This document shows, one piece after another, positions 20,201 through 27,497 of a stretch of DNA of 64,000 bases; position 1 is the first letter of the stretch; every line of letters begins with the position of its first letter. Below the pieces are notes generated by a model. It had not been told where the DNA came from and did not search any database. It worked only from the letters and a program-made list of their open reading frames with translations. The stretch spans positions 2,464,001-2,528,000 of the forward strand of contig OZ224045.1 of NCBI GenBank assembly GCA_963665325.3, written 5' to 3'. This DNA comes from Alphaproteobacteria bacterium. GTDB lineage: Bacteria > Pseudomonadota > Alphaproteobacteria > Bin95. The translations under genes and the position numbers were made by a program.

Positions 20201-21373
20201 TCAGGCCGCTTTGGCGGTCTGCCGCTCGCGGAAGGGCGCCATCACCTCCTTGCCGAAGAGCTCCAGCTGCTTGAGCATCACCGCGAGCGGCGTGCCCATG
20301 CTGGACTGGACATTGATGTCCTCGAGGCCGGGATACTTGGCCTGCAGCGCCTCCAGATAGTCGATGAAGCCCTCCGGCGGGCCGCAATACCAGGAACCTG
20401 CCTCGACCGCGCGTTCCAGCGTCGGGATGTTCATCTCGGCCCAGTCGCCGCGCTCGCTCACCCGCTGCAGCTGCTCGGGCTTCATCGGCACCATGCCGAG
20501 CGGCGCGAACATCTTGACGTGTTCCTCGAAATAGGGCGACGCCTCGCGGATCGCCTGTTCCTTCGTCTCGGCAATGTGGTAGTTCAGGCCGATGCAGAGA
20601 TTCTCGCCGATCTGCACATCGTGGCCGGCGCGCTCCCAGGCTTCCTTAAAAGCGACGATGGGCCGCTCCGCCATCAGCGCCGAGCCGCCGCCGACAATGC
20701 CCTTGATGCCCTGCTGCGCCATGAAGTCGAGCCCGCGCGGCTGCGCGCTCACGATCGGCTGCCAGCATTCCACCGGCTGGTTGACCGGGCGCGGTACAAG
20801 CGTGATCTCCTCCAGGTCGTAGCCGCGATAGGGCACGCGCGGCGGCAGGGTGTAGTTCTTGCCCTGGTGCGTGAAGTGTTCTTCCCGGAAGGATCTGAGG
20901 ATGATTTCCACCTGCTCCTCGAACAGGTCCCGGTTGGCGTCGCCGTCCATCAGCACGCCGCCCAGCGTCTCCACCTCGCGTGTGTGGTAGCCGCGCCCGA
21001 CTCCGAAGATCACCCGGCCCTTGGTCAGGATGTCGGCCGTAGCGAAATCCTCCGCAAGGCGGAGCGGATGCCACATGGTGGTGACATTGAAGCCGCAGCC
21101 GAACCGGAGCCGCTTCGTCAGGTGGGCCAGATGCACGAAGAACAGCGGCAGGTTCGGGATGCACTCATAGCCCTCGTGCTGGAAGTGGTGCTCGGCCAGC
21201 CAGAAGGCGTCGTAGCCGAGCTCGTCCATGCGCACGGCCATCTTCTCGGTCTTTTCGAATACCGTGGCCAGCCGGTCGTTGTCGTAGCGCCGGTCGTTCG
21301 CCGGCGTGGCGTCCTGGCCCATATCGTCCAGGTCGATATGCCCGGCAAACAGGCTTCCGAAGCGCTTGATCAC
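20201..21373 (-). CDS. LLM-class (luciferase-like) flavin-dependent monooxygenase
   Basis: GYDAFWLAEHHF, WHPLRLAEDFATADILTKGRVIFGVGRGY; GTG start inferred after GGAGG. Confidence 0.9.
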   Translation of the reverse strand: MIKRFGSLFAGHIDLDDMGQDATPANDRRYDNDRLATVFEKTEKMAVRMDELGYDAFWLAEHHFQHEGYECIPNLPLFFVHLAHLTKRLRFGCGFNVTTMWHPLRLAEDFATADILTKGRVIFGVGRGYHTREVETLGGVLMDGDANRDLFEEQVEIILRSFREEHFTHQGKNYTLPPRVPYRGYDLEEITLVPRPVNQPVECWQPIVSAQPRGLDFMAQQGIKGIVGGGSALMAERPIVAFKEAWERAGHDVQIGENLCIGLNYHIAETKEQAIREASPYFEEHVKMFAPLGMVPMKPEQLQRVSERGDWAEMNIPTLERAVEAGSWYCGPPEGFIDYLEALQAKYPGLEDINVQSSMGTPLAVMLKQLELFGKEVMAPFRERQTAKAA

Positions 21374-21691
21374 AATCTCGTTCCTCCATTGCGTTGGGCG
21401 CCCAGTCCGCCCGGCTGAGCCCCTTACAGGTTGTTGCCCGTTGTTGATGATACATGCGTTGTCCTTATCGCATAAGGCAGGCGCGGCCCTCCACTCCGAG
21501 CCGCCGGCCCGCCGCACAGTACTGACGTGAAGCGTCGTTCAAAGCTGATGATGTCTTGCTCGCCTTCAATCAGAGCCCTCGTGACCCTATGTGTCCCGGC
21601 AGCCCTGATACAGGCCCTTCCTTTCCTTTGGTGCCCCGTACACCGCACCAGTCGCCGTGCTGGTATCAATGCGAATGATTATTTTTTATTA

Positions 21692-21720
21692 TTGACTTTA
21701 GAAATATTATGTTCTATAAT
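21692..21720 (+). promoter_or_regulatory. Near-consensus sigma70 promoter
   Basis: TTGACT-N17-TATAAT with an AT-rich UP-like tract upstream, 26 nt before the GTG at 21747. Confidence 0.75.
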
Positions 21721-21746
21721 CTATCAGCATTGACTAAGAGATAGCC

Positions 21747-22870
21747 GTGTTAAGGATCTTGTCCTTCAGTATTGTGTTTGGCCTCGTCCTTAGTGCCTTA
21801 CTAGTTTTCGGTTCTATGACTGGCCTCTCAAAAGATCTAGGTCGCAATTTGGAGCTTATATTTGGCCCTGTACGATGGTCCGGCGTTCGTTCCTATGTTC
21901 CACCATCTATATTGATTGGTCTCTGGATATCTATTGCACTATCCCAATTCGTTCCCTCTTGGCGTATTAAGGATAAGTCCCATCTTCCTCGATGGCCTCT
22001 AAAGGTTCAGTCGGGTTGGGCATTAATTTTGCGCGGAATAATCGCACTAATGGCAGTTATGCTTGTATCAATTTTGATTGCCAAATCGATACCAAATGCG
22101 CATAGATTCATTGATGAGACGTTTTCCATTATGGTCCCAATTGTTGTCTTTTTTGGGTTCCTTTTATATGATGCTAGGATCTACATATTCTCGGATCCTA
22201 GTCAGAAAGGAGATCGGACATCTGAGAATGAAAGCGGAAACGTTGATGCCTTGATTTGGCCAAATCCTATACAAGTGGTCCCCGGAATTGTAGGAACATT
22301 GGATTGCCGAATAGCAGTAGCGCAGGATTTGAGGCGGAGAGCAGAGCGTCTGTACCAGTTTTCGTCCTACACCTTGCGCGCCATAGGAGCTCTTCTGGTG
22401 GTAGCAGTCTTGGTGATACTATTTTCCGGATTCATAGCGGGCTTAGGTGTTGGAGAGACGGTCATAGAACGAGCGCGTTCTATTGCAAGTACCGAGAAGA
22501 ATAAATTGGACAAATTGAAACGATCAGGGCGACAAGTTGAAAATAAAATTAATAGAAGTAGAGAAGAGTATTCACGGGAGAACCTGGGAAGTGTAGAGGA
22601 AATTTTGTTGGGCAAATATGATGCAAAAATGGCTCTAAATGATTCAAGATTTCGAGAATTGCTGGCAGACGAAGAAGAATCATTGGCGCAAATAAGATAT
22701 CAAGAAGATATAGTAAAAGTTGTCGTAGCTGCAGAAGGAGTGGCGCTACAAAAAACGGTCACTGGACAGATCAAGCCACGCGGTCAAGAAGAGGATGCAA
22801 ACCTTCTAATAGCGTCAGGAGTTACAAGATTTGGAGTCTTGTTTGTGCTAATATTTATGATACAAATTTT
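21747..22870 (+). pseudogene. 5' part of an AT-rich multi-TM/coiled-coil membrane protein gene interrupted by the IS1595 element
   Basis: The ORF enters the IS TIR at ...FMIQIL; its frame continues at 26698 after the duplicated CAAATTTT. Confidence 0.85.
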
Positions 22871-22901
22871 GGTGATTATGGCGAATGCTAGCCAGAGGCC
22901 C

Positions 22902-23084
22902 TCAAGCCTTTGCGCCAGTGGGCTTTTTCTGCCGGCGGATGCGAAGCGAAGGGTCCGGCCGCTTCACGCCTGAGAAAAATGTCCGCGCGGCCTGCTCCGG
23001 GCTGCTCGCCGGCAGCTTGATGACCCTGGTCATAGGGCGGCCGCGAGGGCGCTTCTGGGACTCGCTCTTCTTCGAGGCTGGCAT
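22902..23084 (-). CDS. Small basic protein with an AT-hook-like RPRGRP motif at the IS end
   Basis: 60 aa, K/R rich; GGAG RBS before ATG; stop lies 7 nt from the TIR. Confidence 0.5.
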   Translation of the reverse strand: MPASKKSESQKRPRGRPMTRVIKLPASSPEQAARTFFSGVKRPDPSLRIRRQKKPTGAKA

Positions 23085-23117
23085 TTCGGCATCTCCGTTT
23101 TATCGGCTTGCGGCGCG

Positions 23118-23465
23118 TTACAAGCCAGTTCCCTTCACATAATCGCCCATTCCCATTGAGCGAAGCTGCTCCTCAAGTTCGACCAGGCGCTTCTCGGTCG
23201 CGGTTCGATCCTCTACAAGCGCGCCGATCTCTTCCCGCGAAGGCCATACGCATTCCTTCACCATCATGCTGTGGGAACTTTCGGCAACGAACAGTCCACC
23301 ATCCTTGAGGTGGCCTGTCGTCTCACCCTTGATAAGGCGAGTGCCCAATGTGACGTTCTGCATCAACCGATCGGCCTTGGCGTTCAAGCAGCCCAATTTC
23401 TGCCGCGTATCCTTATGCTCTTGCAGCGCGTTCCCAATGAGCGCCGCGCGCTCGGCCTCCGTCAT
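23118..23465 (-). CDS. Hypothetical coiled-coil protein (IS passenger)
   Basis: 115-aa ORF with GGGGA RBS and amphipathic helices at both ends. Confidence 0.6.
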   Translation of the reverse strand: MTEAERAALIGNALQEHKDTRQKLGCLNAKADRLMQNVTLGTRLIKGETTGHLKDGGLFVAESSHSMMVKECVWPSREEIGALVEDRTATEKRLVELEEQLRSMGMGDYVKGTGL

Positions 23466-23536
23466 CGCCGTTCCCCGCTTCGTGCCACCGGCTACGCGCC
23501 ATCATACCACGTCCCGACATAACCGAGCAGTAAGCC

Positions 23537-24334
23537 CTATCTGAACGCTGCCTCACTGTAGCGTAGCAAGACCTTGCGAGCCTTGCCTCGCGCTCGCATC
23601 TGTATCGTCCACAGCCAGAACCCAATACGGCGGAACCGGCCTCGTGCCGTCCGGCGATCATCCTTCCAGCCTTGCTTGGCGATGCGGGTCGGTTCAGTAT
23701 CCGACTCCCATTTGTCGAGCTGTTGCCGTGCCATTGCCGGGCAGACCTGTATCGGGCGCAAGTTGCGCGCCGCAGTAGAATCGACCCGGTTGAAGATGAG
23801 ATGGTCTATCGGCATCCGCAGGGGTGTTCCTGCATCCAGAACGAACCCAGCCGCTTCTCGATTGACCATGTAGGCCCCGCCACCGCCGTTCCAGCGGCAC
23901 AGTTCTCGCATGGCGCGGCCTGATGGCGTCCTGCCAACCGGGCGTCCCAACAGCCGGGGCAGTTCAAAGGTCGTCTCGATCTTCACCAGGCCGAACGGAG
24001 GCGGCGGCCACCACTCCATGTCCGCGAGTAGGCCGGGTGTATCTGGGGCAAGTTCTACATCGTCTTCCAGGATGAGCGCCGCCGGAGCATCGGTCGCCAG
24101 GAACGCGCCCAGCGCCTTGTAGTGCGAGAGCGTGCAGGCTTCGTCGCCTATACCGATCATTCGGTCCGGCGGATTGCCGTTCGTCTCAGCCTCCCATTTA
24201 TCTTGATCGGCCAACAATCGGGCATCGATAGCTTGAACGCGCGTTGCCTCAATGCCGAGGCGGTCCAGTTGCGCAGACATGGCCTCCCACCGGTCGGGCC
24301 GGCGGTCGAGATTGATGACGAAGACAGGCAGCAC
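23537..24334 (-). CDS. Glycosyltransferase family 25 (LPS/LOS biosynthesis type), IS passenger
   Basis: VFVINLDRRPDRW, CTLSH, ALILEDD, GGAYMVNREAA, PIDH. Confidence 0.88.
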   Translation of the reverse strand: MLPVFVINLDRRPDRWEAMSAQLDRLGIEATRVQAIDARLLADQDKWEAETNGNPPDRMIGIGDEACTLSHYKALGAFLATDAPAALILEDDVELAPDTPGLLADMEWWPPPPFGLVKIETTFELPRLLGRPVGRTPSGRAMRELCRWNGGGGAYMVNREAAGFVLDAGTPLRMPIDHLIFNRVDSTAARNLRPIQVCPAMARQQLDKWESDTEPTRIAKQGWKDDRRTARGRFRRIGFWLWTIQMRARGKARKVLLRYSEAAFR

Positions 24335-24343
24335 GGCGGACCC

Positions 24344-24716
24344 TCACAAGGCCCGTCGCTGGTGCCGGGCCGTTGTGACCAATCCGCAGGAATGCAGAGG
24401 CCCCGCCTATTCGCCAAGCGCAGGGAGCTACCCCGTGCCGGGTATCAGGCTGTTCTATTCAGCGGGCGACCCGACGAAGCGGGATGCCCACGGATTGGTC
24501 ACGAGGTCAGTCTGCGTTCTGAGAAATATCAGTGCAAGCGCGGCATAGCCGCTATAGGTCAGGCGTCCCGAGGGTCACTCCTCCCCCTCGGGGCGTCTTT
24601 CTGGAGGCTGGTCCGCCTGCTGCGCCGCTGCTACCGTGGCTTGGATCGTGGGTGTTTGACGCGTACGCTCGCGGGACGGGCAGGCCCCGGAGGGAATGCT
24701 AGTCCCCTCTGGGGCC
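24344..24716. ncRNA. Putative structured non-coding RNA or leader inside the IS
   Basis: 12-bp closing stem GTGACCAATCCG (24375-24386) / CGGATTGGTCAC (24491-24502) encloses 3-4 hairpins; further hairpins at 24344-24378, 24562-24597 and 24683-24716; no credible ORF. Confidence 0.45.
24562..24602 (+). terminator. Intrinsic-terminator-like hairpin
   Basis: GGCGTCCCGAGGG-loop-CCCTCGGGGCGTC (G.U pairs on + strand) followed by TTTCT. Confidence 0.45.
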
Positions 24717-24787
24717 GTCATGGCATAGCGCTTGACCGAGTCTCTGCAGGTCGGTTTCATGGAATGTGAGGAACGGGAGGACGGACG

Positions 24788-24997
24788 ATGGCCGATCACG
24801 ATACGAACGTGACCCCCAGCGAAGCGCGCGACAAGCTCAAGACGACGCTTCGCCAAGTTGCAAACGGAGAACCAACTAGCGCGACAGCGACAGAGCGTAT
24901 GCGCGCCGCCCTTGCGCTTGCTACTTTGGACGACGGAGTTCCTTCTACAAAGGCCGGTTACCTTCGGCATGTAATCAACGGTACGACAAACCAATGA
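24788..24997 (+). CDS. Small hypothetical protein (IS passenger)
   Basis: GGGAGG RBS; ATGA overlap with the next ORF. Confidence 0.5.
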   Translation: MADHDTNVTPSEARDKLKTTLRQVANGEPTSATATERMRAALALATLDDGVPSTKAGYLRHVINGTTNQ

Positions 24998-25272
24998 GTG
25001 TATTTTTGGTCGCTCTCGTACAACCTCATGAAGGCGCTTGGATTTCTATTCAAACGGAGTGGCCTGATGGCCATCGTCTCGTTAGCGATACAGTCGCTCT
25101 CATTGCTACGCGAGATGCAAAAACTGCGGAGGAGGTAGGTAATCAAATTGGAATTCAAACCAGAGCAGACGACCCTACAGGCATTGTAGCCGAGTTGATA
25201 CCAGGGAAACTTGGAGGCGCTATGCCGACTAGCCTTGTAAATTGGCTTGCAGAGGTGCGTGATCGTGTCTGA
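24994..25272 (+). CDS. Hypothetical 92-aa alpha/beta protein (IS passenger)
   Basis: Coupled ORF with a beta-alpha-beta pattern ending LVNWL; AT-rich. Confidence 0.6.
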   Translation: MSVFLVALVQPHEGAWISIQTEWPDGHRLVSDTVALIATRDAKTAEEVGNQIGIQTRADDPTGIVAELIPGKLGGAMPTSLVNWLAEVRDRV

Positions 25273-25615
25273 TGATAAAGTATTGCTAGCTGAACTTGCA
25301 AAAAAGCTTGGGCTTCAGTCTATTCAATCTATAAACGCAGAAGCCAACCTAGAAGTTCAACGGATACTCGGTAATCTGGAAGCAAAGACTAACGGCTTGC
25401 ATGACACAATAACGGGCATCAACAGCAATCTTGAAGGCAGAATTAAGGAAACAAATACATCCATAAAAGACCTTTCGGATGATACGAACAAACGTCTTAG
25501 ATTCATTGAAAGGCTAGCTTGGTCAACATTAGGAGGCGTCACAGTCTTGGGCGTGATATTGATCTGGATTGTGCGTCCAATCATCTTGCTAGCGATAGAA
25601 AAGGCACTTCAATAG
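25265..25615 (+). CDS. Coiled-coil protein with C-terminal TM anchor (IS passenger)
   Basis: GAGGT RBS then GTG 25265 overlapping the previous gene; heptad region then AWSTLGGVTVLGVILIWIV. Confidence 0.65.
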   Translation: MSDDKVLLAELAKKLGLQSIQSINAEANLEVQRILGNLEAKTNGLHDTITGINSNLEGRIKETNTSIKDLSDDTNKRLRFIERLAWSTLGGVTVLGVILIWIVRPIILLAIEKALQ

Positions 25616-25631
25616 CCCATTTCGTTGATGG

Positions 25632-26609
25632 TCAGGACGCTCTCGCCCCTGACTGCAGGCCATTGTCGGCGATGAGGTCGCGGTAGCGCAACCGCTTGCC
25701 GATGACGCCGCGCACGAGGACGCGCATCATGTCGATGGTGTCCAGATCGCGGATATTCTGGCGTCCAGCGAACTCGCGGATATAGCGGTCCAAGTGCTTC
25801 TGGGACAGCTTGTGGAAGGTGCCGTGGTATGAGCGCTTGAAGAGGCTCCAGAACGCTTCCATGCCGTTGGTCGTCACGTCCCCTCTGGCGTACTCGCCGG
25901 CCTTGTGATCGACGCTCTCATGCGGGCGCTTTTTTCCGAGGCTGCGGTAGGGGGAACCATCATCGGTATAGACGGTGGTGGTTTCCTCGGTGCGATCGAG
26001 GACGAAGCCTTGGAGGGTTTCCTTGTTGGCGCGCTCGACGACCGCCGCGCTGATCTGCTTTGAAGGTCGATCCCTGACGCCGGCGACGATGGCCTTGCCT
26101 TCTGACGGCGACCATTTCCGATGCCGCTTCGAGGCGTGCTTGTTCTTCTCCTTGCCGCCGATGAATGTCTCATCGGCCTCGACCGGGCCGGGGAAGGGCT
26201 TCCCGACGCCGGCCTCGAAGCCCTCGCGGATGCGCTGCATGAGGAACCAAGCTGTCTTCTGCGGGATCTTCAGGTCGCGATGCACCTTCATGCTGGCCGT
26301 GCCCTTGATGCCCGAGGCCATCAGATAGAAGGCGATGGCCCATTTGCGGAGGCCGAGCTTGCTGTCCTGCATGGCCGTGCCCTTGCGGACGCTGAAATGC
26401 GCTCTGCAATCGCGGCATCGGTAGGGCATGGGTTTGCGGTTCTTGCAGACGGCGTGATTGAGCGACCCGCACTCTGGGCAGTAGATGCCGTCCGGCCAGC
26501 GCTGCGCCTCGAACCATTTTTCGGCCGTCGCATCATCGGGGAACATATCGTTCAGCTCCATGATGGAGATGGCCTTGCGGTGCGCGCGTCCTGGTGCTTT
26601 CTTTCCCAT
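25632..26609 (-). CDS. tnp: IS1595-family DDE transposase
   Basis: Zinc ribbon CPEC..CRDC, HTH (QKTAWFL), VEADETFIGG, YTDD, TNGMEAFWS, YIREF. Confidence 0.95.
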   Translation of the reverse strand: MGKKAPGRAHRKAISIMELNDMFPDDATAEKWFEAQRWPDGIYCPECGSLNHAVCKNRKPMPYRCRDCRAHFSVRKGTAMQDSKLGLRKWAIAFYLMASGIKGTASMKVHRDLKIPQKTAWFLMQRIREGFEAGVGKPFPGPVEADETFIGGKEKNKHASKRHRKWSPSEGKAIVAGVRDRPSKQISAAVVERANKETLQGFVLDRTEETTTVYTDDGSPYRSLGKKRPHESVDHKAGEYARGDVTTNGMEAFWSLFKRSYHGTFHKLSQKHLDRYIREFAGRQNIRDLDTIDMMRVLVRGVIGKRLRYRDLIADNGLQSGARAS

Positions 26610-26697
26610 GCATCCTCCTCTTTGGATAGCATGGTATCATAAAATGCCCTCGTGTCAAACGGATTTGGCTAGCATTCGCCATAATCACCCAAATTTT

Positions 26698-26908
26698 GGT
26701 TAATGTGTATCGCTATACAGTTCGCCTAACAGCTCATTACATGGCTCAAGGAGATGCGCTTTTGTTGGCAAACGAGGAAGGCAAATCTCTATCAAGCATG
26801 ATGCGGGTGTTGTCGCCACTAGATGTAGATTTTGGCAGAAGGGCTAACTTTCCAATGCAACAAATTATAAAATTATTGCGCGAGGCTAGGCGGACAACTG
26901 ACCGGTAA
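26698..26908 (+). pseudogene. 3' part of the gene interrupted at 22870
   Basis: In frame after removing the IS and one TSD: ...IQIL-VNVYRYTVRLTAHYMAQGDALLLA...TTDR*. Confidence 0.85.
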
Positions 26909-27023
26909 GGCGGATTTAGGTCTTTGGGATTCCGAAGAGTGGGAAGGTCTTAGCTCGTGCCATGCCACCCTTTTCTTGGTGGCCATGTCGATCTCTCGCG
27001 GACCGAGTGTTTTGCGGAGCAGA

Positions 27024-27490
27024 TCATAGAATCCGCCGGGAGCCGGAGCGGTTGGCGTTCGATCCGTGTATCAGGTAGTAGTCGAACAGGACCATTCGGC
27101 CGGCTTCTAGTAGAAATCGACCGTGTCGAGTTCGCCGTTCTGCACCTTTTCCGGGTCGTCGTTGGAGCAGCGAGGAAAGAGAGTGCGCGCACGATGGCTG
27201 CCGGGCAGGGCGCGCAGGCAGCCGTTTTGGGTCGTCGCATCGTCGAAGGCGATCCAGCAGCTTGTCGTGGCCAGCGGGCGGATGATGGCCTCATAGACGG
27301 GCGAGGCCTTACCGCCCGCGCGGGGGATATGCGGCGCGATCAGCCGTTCCGGCGGCAGGTTCGGGTTCTCCGCCATCAGCCGTTCCAGCGCAGCCCGCAT
27401 CTCGTCGAGTTGCGCCGGCGGTAGCCGGTAATCCGGCACGACGAAGCCGTCGTACCGATAGGCCTCGCCGTCGGCAGCGGGAAGCGCCAT
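27024..27490 (-). pseudogene. Degraded PhyH-family dioxygenase
   Basis: YRYDGFVVP N-terminus and CWIAFDDATTQNGCLRALPGSH are present but the HxD segment is deleted; the C-terminal LEAGRMVLFDYYLIHGSNANRSGSRR is in another frame and then stops. Confidence 0.8.
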
Positions 27491-27497
27491 CCGTCTC

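Larger units (their letters stand above)
22871..26689 (-). mobile_element. IS1595-family transposon with passenger genes (3819 bp)
   Basis: Perfect 24-bp TIRs GGTGATTATGGCGAATGCTAGCCA (22871-22894) and TGGCTAGCATTCGCCATAATCACC (26666-26689); 8-bp AT-rich TSD CAAATTTT (22863-22870, 26690-26697); DDE transposase at the right end. Confidence 0.95.

Noticed and set aside
21668-21690. Fur-box-like TGCGAATGATTATT upstream of the island promoter
   Set aside because: Only one half resembles the consensus; better explained as an AT-rich UP element.
24387-24490. HDV-like or hammerhead ribozyme in the IS non-coding region (GGCGAA on the minus strand)
   Set aside because: I could not build the nested double pseudoknot or find CUGANGA/GAAA cores by eye; left as an unclassified structure.
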